A stretch of DNA of 64,000 nucleotides from the IMG/VR virus record IMGVR_UViG_3300044712_001462, positions 124,001-188,000 of that record; one strand, 5' to 3'. The position numbers and the translations under genes were made by a program. Below the pieces are notes generated by a model that saw nothing but the letters and a program-made list of their open reading frames with translations, was not told where the DNA came from and made no database searches. Below, piece after piece: positions 41,474-53,825 of the stretch; position 1 is the first letter of the stretch; each line of letters starts with the position of its first letter.

Positions 41474-42750
41474 GAAACACCGGCAGGAAAAACTCAAAGA
41501 GCATGGTTGCCACAGCCAAAGAGCTGGGGAAAAAGAAAGTCATCGACTCACTGGCTAACGACGCCGCGGAAGATACACCTTCTGAGCAGATTAAGATCGT
41601 CCCTATCGGCAAAGACGGCCTCGAGCTGATCATAGCCGGGCCCACTATCCGTACCGTCGAGGAGGCTCTCAAACGCGCTGAAATCGACTTAGCGATCTGG
41701 GACGTTGTTACTCAGGAAGTCAACTCCTGGGAATGTGTGGGGAAGATTAAGCAGGGCCAGGACGCCAGTGGGCGCTGGAGACGAGAGAAGTTGTGGAAAC
41801 AGCCGCTCTGGCAGGTCAAAATCAAACTCCAGAGAAAAGCCCCGAAGCCTATCCAGGAGGCTATCAAAGGCCTGGTGGAGGAGTTCTCAAAGAAGCCGCC
41901 AGCACTGCCCAAAGTCAAATACAGTAAGAGCACCAAGCCCTACATGCTCGAGCTGTCGCTCTTTGATGTGCATCTCGGGAAACGGTGCTGGGGTGCTGAA
42001 GCGGGGGCGGGCGACTACGATCTCAAGATTGCCGAGCTGGATTACCTGGCGGCTGTAGATGACCTCCTGGAGAAGATTCAGCACTACAAGATCGGCAAGA
42101 TCCTGATGCCTCTCGGTTCTGACTTCTTCCAACAGAATAGCTGGATCGCGGAGACGGCTCGAGGAACTCCGGTAGACAGCGTGGATGACCGGTTCCAGAG
42201 AGTGTTCCAAGTCGGATGTCGGGCCCTGGAACATGCCATCAAGCGCTGCCGAGAGGTGGCTCCGGTGCACACCCTGCACATTGCAGGGAACCACGACCCG
42301 GCTACTTCGTGGTATATGTGCGAGTGGCTCAATGCCCGGTTCAACGGGGACAAGCATGTCAGCTTTGACAATGGCCCCTTGTTCCGGAAATATCAGCGCT
42401 GGGGTATCTCCCTGCTAGGCTTCACACACGAGGCTCTCAAGAACCTGCCATTGATTATGGCCCGAGAGCAACAAGAGGCGTGGGCAGAAGCCAAGCACTT
42501 TGAATGGCACGTCGGCCACCTCCATAAGAAGATGGAGACAGTCTACGTAGCGGGAGATACCTACAACGGGGTGCGCGTAGCTGTGCTTCCCAGCCTATCA
42601 GGTACCGACCGCTGGCACCATGAACAAGGGTTCGTGGGCGGGCTGCGTACTGCGGAAGCCTATCTCTGGGGGACAGACGAAGGCTACGTCGGGCATTTCT
42701 CTACCATTGCCCGCACTGAAAGAGCTCGACTAGGGTTGAAAGCGGCTTAG
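41470..42750 (+). CDS. calcineurin-like metallophosphoesterase/nuclease
   Basis: Motifs DVHLG, GSDFF, GNHD, FTH and GHLH. Confidence 0.85.
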   Translation: MRNTGRKNSKSMVATAKELGKKKVIDSLANDAAEDTPSEQIKIVPIGKDGLELIIAGPTIRTVEEALKRAEIDLAIWDVVTQEVNSWECVGKIKQGQDASGRWRREKLWKQPLWQVKIKLQRKAPKPIQEAIKGLVEEFSKKPPALPKVKYSKSTKPYMLELSLFDVHLGKRCWGAEAGAGDYDLKIAELDYLAAVDDLLEKIQHYKIGKILMPLGSDFFQQNSWIAETARGTPVDSVDDRFQRVFQVGCRALEHAIKRCREVAPVHTLHIAGNHDPATSWYMCEWLNARFNGDKHVSFDNGPLFRKYQRWGISLLGFTHEALKNLPLIMAREQQEAWAEAKHFEWHVGHLHKKMETVYVAGDTYNGVRVAVLPSLSGTDRWHHEQGFVGGLRTAEAYLWGTDEGYVGHFSTIARTERARLGLKAA

Positions 42751-43448
42751 AAGCCGTACTTCCTCAACAGCTTCTTTGCTGTGACTTTCTGGGCTTCCGT
42801 CAGATTCTTACGCTGACGGAAGCACACGTTTTCCAGAAAGTCTGCCTCAGCCGACGTGACATCGACGTCCACAGCATTGTCTAGCTCGAGTAGCCTATCT
42901 TTAAGAGCGCGATCCTCAGCGTTCATCTACACATCCGTGTGTCTCAGTTGTAGTCATCAATGTAGCCGGATCCGTGATACCGAGCCTCAGACTCGAGAAC
43001 CGCCCAATTCCCTACGTTGTAACCAGGATGTTCACCAATCTCTGGCCGGTGCCCGCTGTATTTCACACGCGTCAAATAGCACCGAGAGCAGTATCCGTGT
43101 ACTTCTCCTACCCCATCCGTATGGTGATAGGCTACATGGTCACCACAGAGCTCGCACCCATAAGCAATCGCGCTTAAAGCCTTCTGCAAAGCCCTTCGTC
43201 GCAACGAAGTCGTACGCACAAGAGACTCGTCGTCAAACAGAAACTGCCAGCAAGAGATATCCTTCTCAAACTGGCAGAGTACTCGGCGTAGCAGTGACTC
43301 GTCATCTGGCAACATCATCTGCTTGACTTGTGCGTACTCGGCATAGCGAGCTTGAAGACGCCCATCCTGGCGGGCAGAGAACACAAGTGATACTGCTGTC
43401 ATCGTATGTCCATAAATCTAGGGTTGGGTCCTAACTCCTCTGATAGCA

Positions 43449-44051
43449 TCATTTTATCGACATAGCGTGCGATACCAAAGAGAAACCACACGTATCGTCA
43501 TAAAACTGTCCCGCCACACAGTAATGCAGCGCTTCAATTGTTGACGTGTTGTAGATAACCACATCAACACACTCGTCTGGAATCTGCTCAGAGGAATGAG
43601 CCGGAAGTCCGTTATCAAAACCCGGCCTGACGATCTTATAGATCCTCCCGCCGCGCCTGTGAATCGCCTCTGCCTCTTCTACAAACCGCACATCTTTGAT
43701 CACGTAGTCATCCGGCTCACTATCCACCAGACGCTCAAAAATCTTTACCCAGCAATCATACCCGTGGATGTCGCGGCCACCCTCGGTACCATAGCGCTGC
43801 ATCAGGCGTCGAACCTCTGGGTTCTTCTTCGCCTCATCCCAGCCCACTTCCGATATGAGCTGGGATAAGCGCACGATCTGACCAAGCGACACCGGCACCC
43901 ACGGATCGACAGCCAGCAAGCCCTTCTTCATGGCATCCGCAAACGCAAACGGCTTAAACCCCGCCTTGAGAAACGGGATCGCTGCTGTGTCTTTACCATG
44001 CTGGGCTTCACCAGCTAGTCCGATCAAGTGGTATGTCATTTCGTAGTCCAC
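43449..44051 (-). CDS. deoxynucleoside monophosphate kinase (T4 gp1-like)
   Basis: IGLAGEAQHGKDT, FADAMK, RRLMQRYGTEGGR, DVRFVEE, HSSE. Confidence 0.85.
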   Translation of the reverse strand: MDYEMTYHLIGLAGEAQHGKDTAAIPFLKAGFKPFAFADAMKKGLLAVDPWVPVSLGQIVRLSQLISEVGWDEAKKNPEVRRLMQRYGTEGGRDIHGYDCWVKIFERLVDSEPDDYVIKDVRFVEEAEAIHRRGGRIYKIVRPGFDNGLPAHSSEQIPDECVDVVIYNTSTIEALHYCVAGQFYDDTCGFSLVSHAMSIK

Positions 44052-45009
44052 CCGCCATAGTAGCCGGAGTAATGTGGAGAATTACAAATTGCATCCGTGT
44101 ACGCGCGCATGAGCTCTTCCTGCGCGCGCTGCTGGTCATATTGCATGCTCAAAGCCGACCAGTCATACGAGAGGGTCGTGGTCTTTGCCGAAATAGCTGA
44201 GATAGCCCGCTTAACCGCGGCGAAAGGGAATTACCCGGACCTCAAGCCGGTCATCCATGTTCACGAATTCCTCAGGCACCAAGCGCATAGCACGAATCGT
44301 GGCATGCTTCTCGTCTTTCGCCATTACAGCGCTGGGCTGCACCACGATCGAAGTGACTCCGCCCTCTTCCTTCTGCTTTTCCGTGGGGTTCAACAATACG
44401 ATTACCAGATACGGTTCCATCTTTTTCTACCTCTCTACTTCACAACGTTGTTTCCGGTGGCGGCGTACACAGCCTCCACCTGACCAATAATTGATTCCTG
44501 AAAGCTGTTAAACCTCTTTGATAAGAGACCTTGCAGCCTGATAAGCTCTTCAATCCACTTCGCACAATCATCCGTGAATTGCTTGTCTGTAGCGATACGA
44601 TTACTCCACCTAGCTAGCACATCACACCTGCGTGCTTCGCTGATATCGAAATCCTTTTCAAACCGATCTCGTTCCTCTGTCATCTCCGACAGACTAAGTT
44701 CAAGCTCCTCAATCCGTTCCCGCCGTTCCCGCTCAACTGCATAAGTCTGGCGTGCGATGTCCCAGGCCTTCTGAATATCATCACGCTCTGCGGTCAGCTT
44801 GTTGACCTGATCTGCCAACATCGCGATCTCTGACTCGCGCTTCACCAGAAGATCTGACTTATCCGCACACTTGCGCACGATGGCGTTAGTCACATCGAGC
44901 TGCTTCTCAAGCTCCTTCACGACCTTGTTGTACCGGGCCTGCATCGCTATCAGATCGCCCTGGTAGTAATCCTCTCTCCGCCACCGCTTCAAAAACCGCT
45001 TGCACCAAT

Positions 45010-45666
45010 TCACTGGGCATCTCCTTCCGCGGACATCTGGGCCCGCTGCTCATCCGTATAGCTCAGCGCCGAGGTGTATACCGCTCGATCCAATCCAGAA
45101 TCCTGCAGCATGCGACTGCGCAGCACATTCCCAGAGGATGCCGCATACACGCCTTTTACGCCAGCTGAGTTGTTCACAAACGAAGCCGACATGTGTTGGC
45201 TCATTCCAAGTGCACCAGACGTAGCAAAGGCATCGATGTTCGCACCCAGGAACAGGAAGGACCAGTTATCCTTCTCCTTGTCCGCCAGCAGCTGCTTTAC
45301 GCGCTCAAGAGAGAACTCGGTAGACGAGTTTTCCTCGCCATCCGTAATGATCATGCAGATCACTTCCGGCTTAGTACTCGCCTTATTAATGCGCTCCGTC
45401 ACATGAGCCACGCCCAAGCCAATGGCGTCTAGGAGCGGCGTACCACCCCGAGGCACCAACGTAATGTCCTTCACCTCGTCCAGCCGAACTCCATCATAAA
45501 CCACTTCCCGCGGATTCACGTTGTCGAACTGAATCAGCGTAAACCGAACGTCTCCATCCAGCTTCTTCTGGTCTTCTACAAAGCTCCGTAGCCCACCCTC
45601 GTGATCCGACTTCGCCGACTGCATCGAACCTGACCGATCAAGGATCACCACAATCTCAGTACTCAT
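45010..45666 (-). CDS. von Willebrand factor A domain protein
   Basis: MIDAS motif ILDRSGSM, GGTPLLDAIG, IITDGEENSS, FLFLGAN; start at ATG 45666. Confidence 0.88.
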   Translation of the reverse strand: MSTEIVVILDRSGSMQSAKSDHEGGLRSFVEDQKKLDGDVRFTLIQFDNVNPREVVYDGVRLDEVKDITLVPRGGTPLLDAIGLGVAHVTERINKASTKPEVICMIITDGEENSSTEFSLERVKQLLADKEKDNWSFLFLGANIDAFATSGALGMSQHMSASFVNNSAGVKGVYAASSGNVLRSRMLQDSGLDRAVYTSALSYTDEQRAQMSAEGDAQ

Positions 45667-46261
45667 ACAACAACTCCCTATAGCGCTCTGAAACCCCAAA
45701 ATACGCTGCCAGACTCTCCAGAGTCGTGAACACCGGAATGTCTGCCTCGTAAGCCAGCTGAACTTCCTCGTCCGCACCTTTCGAGTCACCTGACACCCGG
45801 TATACCGCTTCCGACCCTAACACCCAAGGCTTGTCTATTTCCGTCCAGATGGCATACGGCACCTCTTCCCAGTTAGGATGAAAAACAGAGAAAGCCGGGT
45901 TCAGCGGTGCCAAACCCAGCTTCCAAATCGCATCAAAAGCTTCTACCGAACGCTTGAGATTCGCTTCCCTAGTCTCAACGCCGCGTAAGGTATCCCCGTT
46001 GCTGATCGGGCACGCAATATAGACTCGTCGGCGCATAATCAAAGAATCCGTTCTCGTGCGAAAACTCCGAATAGCCTTCTCGGCGTCCTCTTTTGAGGCC
46101 CAACGCTGATCGGCATCACTCCGAATGCCCTCAAACCACTCGCCAACCTTATCCATGTACATGAGCCCATCAGGCTCATATACATACCACCCGCGACCGT
46201 CCGCATTACCGACCCGGGCTGATGCCAGCATCCTCTGACGGTACCCTGCGCTGACTTTCAT
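45656..46261 (-). CDS. protein with C-terminal DUF4406/nucleoside 2-deoxyribosyltransferase-like domain
   Basis: VYIACPIS...NL...LNPA...W...D...SKGADEEV.LA....IPVF. Confidence 0.65.
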   Translation of the reverse strand: MKVSAGYRQRMLASARVGNADGRGWYVYEPDGLMYMDKVGEWFEGIRSDADQRWASKEDAEKAIRSFRTRTDSLIMRRRVYIACPISNGDTLRGVETREANLKRSVEAFDAIWKLGLAPLNPAFSVFHPNWEEVPYAIWTEIDKPWVLGSEAVYRVSGDSKGADEEVQLAYEADIPVFTTLESLAAYFGVSERYRELLYEY

Positions 46262-48063
46262 TAGGTCCTCTTCGGCGTGTGAACATAGTGCATGGCAGTC
46301 AAAAATCCCCAGAACCACAGTACCCCAGTCCCGAATCCGCACACAAGCGCAGTCAGAAAACTGTCTGAGATCTGGTGCCCTGCCACAAATCCCAACCCGG
46401 CGCTCAGACAGACATCAATCAGAGCCCGATACGGGTAGGGTTCCGGTTCCGACGGTTTCAGCACAATTTTCGGTTCCTGGTAAATCTGGTCCCACATTTG
46501 CGGACTGATGCGTTGAATCATCTTTGCTCTCCTTGATTTCTTGGGATAATCGGGCGCTCGCTTCGTCATATTCGCGCAGCGCCACAACCATCTCGGTTTT
46601 CAAGACACGGGTGTACATATCTCCGCCTATGTCTCCGTAAGATGTATAGGCTTTGAGTAAGTCATAGAATCTGCGCCGGTACTCCGATTCCAAGCCGATG
46701 GCTCGAAGTATGGAGTAGCCCCAACTCAAGTGTGGAGGCCCCAAGCGCGAGAGGTATCGCCAATTCGGACTGCGAACACTTCGCCTTTACCAGGCCCGTG
46801 ATAAAGAAAGCCGCCGTTAAAGCTATAGGCGTAATAGACCGGTCGGCCCTCGTTGCTCCGCAGATCCCAGATCGTTTCCTTCAGCTCAGCTCCGAACCAG
46901 GTTTGCCTCGTGATGCTCAAACGACGATCAGTTTCTACGTCTACCTCAACGTCATACCACTCCGGATGAGCCATAATTACAGCACTCCGCGTCTCTGCGT
47001 ACAGCTTGGGATGAACAGGCTCATACAAACTGACGGATAATCCGTGAAAAGTACCATCATCGCAGGCCACTACCTTGCGCGAAGGCACCTTATAGTGCAG
47101 ACCAGCGTAGTCATACTCGCAGTAGTCTCCATTGCGCACCAGGTAGTCCAAGCCCTCTCGGAGATCTCTAACAAGTTTCTCAGCCATCTCCTGCTGACCT
47201 GCGGCATACAGCCCCGTAAGCCAGCCGTGAATATGCGCCAGGCGAGTCTTTCCTTCGTTGGACAAATACAACCGTCGATACATCTCTGTGCGGTCAAGGA
47301 TACGCGCTAACTTGCCATATCCCAGGTCTAAAAAATCAAGCTCAGGCGTTCGAACGTCAGTTGCCACTAATTAGAGCCTCACTTTGACCGGTCTTTGTAA
47401 TACGCAGAGTAACAAATAAACTCCCCTATCTCATCCAAATATCCGTTGTCAATCAACGCCCCATAGAATCCCTCGCCAGTCTCTGACGAATGAATCTCGG
47501 CACGCTGCCATAAAGCAACAATAGCTGCTAGTCGTACTGACTCAGCCTCATGGTTAATCTCACGCGGCATTGGTTCTCCCCGCTTCCTGATGCTCCACAG
47601 CATGAAGGGCATCAAACACAAAATCAGCATACTCCGAATCACCCAAGTGCTTTCCTGCCTCGCGCAGCACTCGTGAGATCTTGTCCACAGCTGCCTTGAA
47701 TTGCTCCCGAGACATCGGATAGCTCTCAGACAAACGATCCAAAATGGCCTCCAGTTGCTCTACGGTCATCTCGGCAAGACACAGCTGGATGACCTGGGAA
47801 TACCCGTTTACCGAAGGTTCAATATGCCTCCAGATATCGTCGATCAACTCATTCCTCATCTAGTAGGTACTCCAGAATCTCGGCCATTGACTCTTTCACC
47901 GGCAACGTACTTCGACCCGACATGTGGACATAACACCCTGCCACACCGTCGGTGAGCTTAATCTCCGAGATCGCTGCAATGTGTCTGGTGAAGATCACTA
48001 GCCGCTCTGTGTCAAATGACTGCGACGTAAGATAGATGTACTCAGGCATAGCGTCTCTCTTTG

Positions 48064-48077
48064 TAATAGCGATAACA
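48064..48077. promoter_or_regulatory. operator-like motif TAATAGCGATAACA
   Basis: Exact intergenic copy upstream of 47849-48049. Confidence 0.55.
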
Positions 48078-49150
48078 GAAACTACACAGGCAGCCAGATG
48101 CTGTCCTCGACTTCCACAGGGTGAAGCCCCGTGTCATGTAGCCACTGCTCTACGAAGTCAGACAGGTCCAAATCTAGCTCGTCCTTACACAACACGACCT
48201 GTTTACCGTTCACAGTGTCATCCACGAAAAAACAGAATTGCAACTGCTCCACGAGAAGCTCTATCTGCTCGAGTTGCTTGACTTCTTCATCAGTCAGATT
48301 TTCAAATATCCCTGACCTGAATCTAAATCTCGGCAAAGCTAATCCCATTACGCGCTCTTCCTTTTCTGTTCAAACCGGTCTGCAGCCCAGGCTGCCTCTC
48401 CCGTAAATTCCACTTCCTCATAGTCCACAGGCATGTAATCCCAGACACACGCCATCATGTAATCCGGGTCGTCGTACCCACAGCATCCTTCCACGTAGAG
48501 TCCATCCTCGTCGTAGATCGAAAACTGGTAATACTCGCCGTTGACCCAGGTGTTGTAGGATCCCAGAAAATTGCGGGCATACTCCTTACGCTTCTCATAA
48601 TCCTTAGGCAGGAACTTGGCGTTCTTGGAGATAATGAGCCCACCTACATCCGCAGTATCCCAGCGACATTGCATCCCCTCGCCGCGGAGACTCCAGACCG
48701 TACCGCTGTGCTGGTAGCAGCTGAGAATGAATGCCGAACCTACATCCAGCTTTCTCCGCATCCCGATTGTGGCAGGTGTCGGATCACCAAACTCGTCTCT
48801 TGGACCCAGGTACTTGAAAGGGTCCTGGAAATTAACATGCCGATCACAGAACGAAACAATCTCCCAGTCGCCATACTTACACGGGCTTTCAGCATCTGAA
48901 TCGTATTCCAGCCGCACTTCGTAATTCATACTGGATCCCAGATATCCAAAGTCATGCGAACATCCGTCACGGATTGAAACTGCGCTGGGCAAATACTCAC
49001 CAGGTCGCCCTCTTCGTCATAAACTCGCTCGTCTTCTTGTGAGACATCTAACACACGTAACACGACACACCTCCTATAAATGAAAAGAGCCTCACCGGTT
49101 TCCCGATGAAGCTCTTTATCGCGCGCCACTCTTTTCAAATGCCAGAGCAA

Positions 49151-49540
49151 CTACTCTGGCTGTTTGATCTCGGTCTTCTTGTCAATCATCTCGATATACA
49201 GAGCGATACCGTACTTGCCGCACAACCTGGCAGCTCGCACAAGGAACTGCCACTCTGTAGCAGGATCGCTCAGTAGAAGTATCACGCCCGGCTTCTTACC
49301 AGTCAGTTCAGCGTAGTGCAGAGACTGGCCAATGGATTCAGCCCATTTCTTCGGGTAATCTACCTCGATCGCGTAATCATCACTAAGGAGATCTACACGT
49401 GAGCCGTCTTCCAGCCGCACCTCTGTTTTAGCCTTGTACTTCGGAGCCAGGCGAGCGCACTCGTCAAGCTCCCCTGCAAAAGCGGAACCCAGGCACAACA
49501 CACCGCACAACCAGCAGATTATCTTCGTTGCAGAATTCAT
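49151..49540 (-). CDS. PD-(D/E)xK nuclease-fold protein with signal peptide
   Basis: Signal ...GSAFA|G followed by EVRL.DGSRVDLL...AIEVD...KWAESIGQSLHY. Confidence 0.6.
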   Translation of the reverse strand: MNSATKIICWLCGVLCLGSAFAGELDECARLAPKYKAKTEVRLEDGSRVDLLSDDYAIEVDYPKKWAESIGQSLHYAELTGKKPGVILLLSDPATEWQFLVRAARLCGKYGIALYIEMIDKKTEIKQPE

Positions 49541-49558
49541 AGCTTAAAACTAGCGCAT

Positions 49559-49987
49559 CTACTTGTCTTTGAGCAACTGCAACTCGTCACACCAGTCCAC
49601 ATACCTCTCTTGGTCAACTTCGGCCCATTCACCATTCGGTCGAAAGCAGTTATCCTCAATCGTGTTACTCATGTACTCTCGCAGTAACTCCTCATACCAG
49701 GCCGCATACTTCTCCTGGTCAACATCTGCCCATTCAGCCATCGGGCGGCAATCATTGTCCTCAATCATGTTAATCATCTGCATGTGCAGCTCGTCCTCGC
49801 GAGAAAGTGTTGTCATCTACTTCTCCCTAGTCTTGATTAACTGTAACTGGTCATACCACTGCATGTACTGCTGGCGCGCCTCAGGCGACCAGACATATAC
49901 AGGGGCGTAATCGTAGCTGGTAATCAGATCCAGCATCTTTAGGCGGAGACAGTCGGGATCCAGATCCTCAAGTGTCGATGTGACCAC
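49559..49987 (-). repeat. 35-aa module in three copies over two adjacent ORFs
   Basis: 49559-49816 carries two copies with a 105-bp period; the unlisted ORF 49817-49987 carries one diverged copy. Confidence 0.7.
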
Positions 49988-52900
49988 GTCACCTCCTTGC
50001 TTCCGGCTCCATGAGCGCAGGGACGCTCACCGAGACCGGGACATAAGATTCAAACCACAGCTTCTCAGCCGCGGTCAGAAGAGAAGACCCACAAATCGGG
50101 CACACTGGCAGGGCAGGGGGTGTAGCGTCTTGCCAGCTGCAATCCACTTCCACCCCGCAACACACCCTGGAGAACTTAATCATCCGTTGCCAACGGGTTG
50201 AACCGCAGCATCTGCTTTCCATTCCACGTATGGGTAGACGTTGCAGGAGCGGCTTTCCCGGTGCGCTGGTACTTCATATAGGCCGCATGCTCGTAGCAGT
50301 CACGGCAGAAGCGATGGGGCTTTCGCTGCTGATCTTTTATGGTATACCCCCGAAAATCGGTCAGTCCGCAATTCTCGCAAGGCTCTTTTGACAGGTCCGT
50401 CGACTGCAACATCAGAATTCAGCCTCCTTCGGGAGATTCGTTGTGATGTTCCTGGCGACAATATCTCGCGGCGTCTCGTCGAGAGAGGTAACCGGGAAGC
50501 TACTACCTGCCTGAGTCACATAGCGCCAGTCATAGCATTCCCCAAGAGGAATATCACGCTCACCACAGAAGTCGCGTAATGGTGTTCCTACCTCGCTATG
50601 AATCGGTAAATAACGCCCGTTTTTCAGGTTGTGCCACGATCCATCAACCTTCGTCATAGAGTAGACCCGCTCAGGCTGACTTTCTTCTTCCTCTTCTTCC
50701 TCCGTCTCACCCGACGCTCTGTCTGCCGCACAGATCAATGCCTCCAACTCATCGGCCAGATCGTGAAGATCCTCAGGAGTGACCGCCCATCGATCTGTCC
50801 TCAGACAAGCGAAGTGACCACCTCCGCCGGATTCGAGACTGACCTCCAGGTGCTGGGGCATGTCATTGCAGCAATCACCTTCGTAGTCTGTGTACGAGAC
50901 CCGCGACACAAACGTATTCTTCTCTGTCATGCGAACATCTCCAATCCACCATCTTCATAGCGCACACCGCAACGAACTAAGCTACGAATGTCCTCATCCG
51001 TGGCCACAGCTGCCAACTCCTCGACATCGGTGTCCAGGTAAATAACATCGTGTCTTGCGCCAGACACCATATCCCGCATACCCGGAACCAGCCGATCCAG
51101 AAGCAAAAAGGCATGCAGATCCATACGCTGTGATAGCCTCTCAGTTTCAGGAATGCGCTCGAACTCCAGAAACTCATCATCCAATTCCTCAAACAGATCG
51201 TGCACAGGTTTGCTGAGCATTCTGAACTCCTGTTTTCTCTAGTACGTCGATCATCTTCTTCCAGTCCGCCTTTTTCACCAACCCGCGTCTGAGCCAGATC
51301 TCTGCCATCTGGCTCAGATTCTTCCTAGCCAACTCAGCGTTGATATCCAGATCCTCCATAAATCTCAGCAACATCCATGATGCCTCTGTCAATATGTGTC
51401 GCTGACGCTGATCCAGCGCACACGCATGTTTCTGACTGGCTTTCTTATTACCCATTTTCTCCCGTTCGATGCATGATGTCGTACAGTGTTCCCCACTCCT
51501 GCGCTTTAGACGTCTGGATCAAGTACACCTCCAGCGCCTTAGCCCAATCCTGCTCCGCGCGAATGTAGTCCTCTTGCTCAAGGCTATAGACAACTGATGA
51601 CAAATGCTGGCACAACAAAGCCAGCATGTTCTGTTGTCGACCTGTCAAATATACAGGCTTCCTAATTGTCACATCGGCCATATCTTCGCTCTACTCGTTC
51701 TAGCAGCTGTCGCGCTGCAGCAGACCACCCAGCCATCCCTGGTGACGTACACGCCGCAATGCTTGAAATAAAACTCTCTAGCTCCTCAATCCGCTCTGGA
51801 TACTTGGCCTGAATCCAACCCCGTTCCTGAGTATCCTGTACACACTCCATCAAAATCTCTGCCGCCCGAGACCGGGAGATATCCCCTGTCTCATAAGCGG
51901 CTTTCACCAGCGTCTCCATAGTCTGTACAGGCAGGTCTGGATTGATGCTTTTAAACATCTTGTACAGGGCCTGGGCATGCTCGTGCTGCGCAATCTTGGC
52001 CTGTAACTCCTTAATGTATAGTTGCGTGTCCAGAGTCATGATAAAACCTGCCTCCACAGCCTAAACACAGGCAGACCCAAAACCCGCCACGTCGTAACAG
52101 ACCACCAGCTAGCGTGTTTCCGTACCCGCTCGTTTCTCGTCACTGAGATCAGACTTAGCATTTCCAGTCTCCAGTTGCTCTAAATGCCAACGAAGAACCG
52201 ACGCCGCCCAGCCGTGTCCAGAAAAATAGCCACCATGACCTCCTTTGCCATCGCCGGGTGTCTTATCTGGGCGATACGTATCCTCGCCATAATCCAGAAA
52301 ACACTTGATGGCGTTTCTCACTTCATGCGCATCGTACATCGCACTCCTCCTCTTCCTCCTCGAAATCACGCACTCCAAGTTCTTCCAGATACTCAGCTAC
52401 GGAAATGTACCATTTCTCAGGCATAGTCACGTAACTTGTACCATCCTCTGTCATGTACACCCCGGTACACTTCGTATCCAACAGCTCAACGCAGCGCTCA
52501 TACTCCGCTACTAGCGCGTCATATTCTCCTTTCAGGACCGCAAAATCTCGGTTGTAGATCGCAAAGTAGTCATTTAACTCTTTCGCCATGCGCTTCTGTT
52601 CCTGCGCAATCTTTTTCAGCTGCCTATCTGGAGATCCAGACCCGGTGATACACCACGCAAAGATCGCCGCGCATACCGACACAGCAAGAATCATGTAATA
52701 AGGAAGCATCTGTTCAAATGTCAACTCAGCTAACATTGCGTTTCTCCGCGCCAAGCCTAACAGCTCTCGTATCGATATGGTACGTATTTTTCTGATACCG
52801 GGCGGAAGCCATAGCAGCTTTACGACTCCGGTAGACGAGCATGCCTTCGTCCTCGTCCGTATTCCCGTCCACAGGTAGTACAGGTTCAAACGTATCGGCC

Positions 52901-53522
52901 ATCACAACTACCCAGTACCCCTGCTCACACTCCTGAAGCAAACAATCCTTACCCATCGCATCATGTAGATAGTCCGCAACAGCATCCAGCAGGTCTGATA
53001 ATCCTGCTGCCTCATCGCCAGCCTGCTCCAGTAACCACTGGCGTTGTCGACGAAAAAGCGGACCATCTACCGCCCGCAAAGCATTTCGAAACTTCTTAAC
53101 ACGGTCAACACTTAACTCTTTATCCCGAGTATTCACCTACAGATCCTCCTCACTTTCTTGGGACAGCCACTCAGTTGTTCTGGCGTCTAAAGCATGTTGG
53201 TTCTTCCTATCCGTCTTCGAACGAGAATTACTACTCGTACCCGCGTGATAATGGTCGTCATAAAAATCAACACCTCCCCCTGACTCTACCAGTTTCTCGA
53301 AGCTCTTCTGAAAAGCCTCGTGAATTCTCTGCAACTCCGATTCCGACTCCACACACCGCACACCCGCCATCGCCGTCTTAGCATCGCGGTACAGCAGGTA
53401 TAAGGCTTCCTGCGATCGCTGGAGCGCACCACGTAACGACTCCAGCTTGCAGCCGTCTCTGTACAAGAGGTCGTACACGTCGTCTAATTCATCAAACAGG
53501 CGGCTCATAAACCCTCTTAAAT

Positions 53523-53552
53523 AAAAAACCCACCAGATGGAAAACTGGTGGG
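53523..53552 (-). terminator. intrinsic terminator
   Basis: CCCACCAG...CTGGTGGG followed by U6. Confidence 0.8.
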
Positions 53553-53803
53553 ATTATGAACTACGTCGGAGACGGGCGACTAGATCAAGCGTCTTCTTCC
53601 TCGAGCACTCGGTACTGACGACGACACTCCGTAGCCAAATCTCTCAGATTCGACGAGAACTCTTCTACACTGTACCGACCAAACAGCAGCACATGGGCCA
53701 ATTGAACTAGTTTGTCCTCGACCTCTGGACGGTGAGCTGTGAAATGCTGATTGTCGCATACTGTCAACAACTCATACAAAGCATGAAGCATGTGATCCCT
53801 CTC

Positions 53804-53817
53804 TAATAGCGATAACA
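53804..53817. promoter_or_regulatory. operator-like motif TAATAGCGATAACA
   Basis: Exact copy at a gene boundary. Confidence 0.55.
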
Positions 53818-53825
53818 CAAAGTCC

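Noticed and set aside
45010-45666. MoxR-vWA chaperone pairing with the AAA ATPase
   Set aside because: The ATPase is Ycf46/classic-clade rather than MoxR, and lies about 23 kb away.
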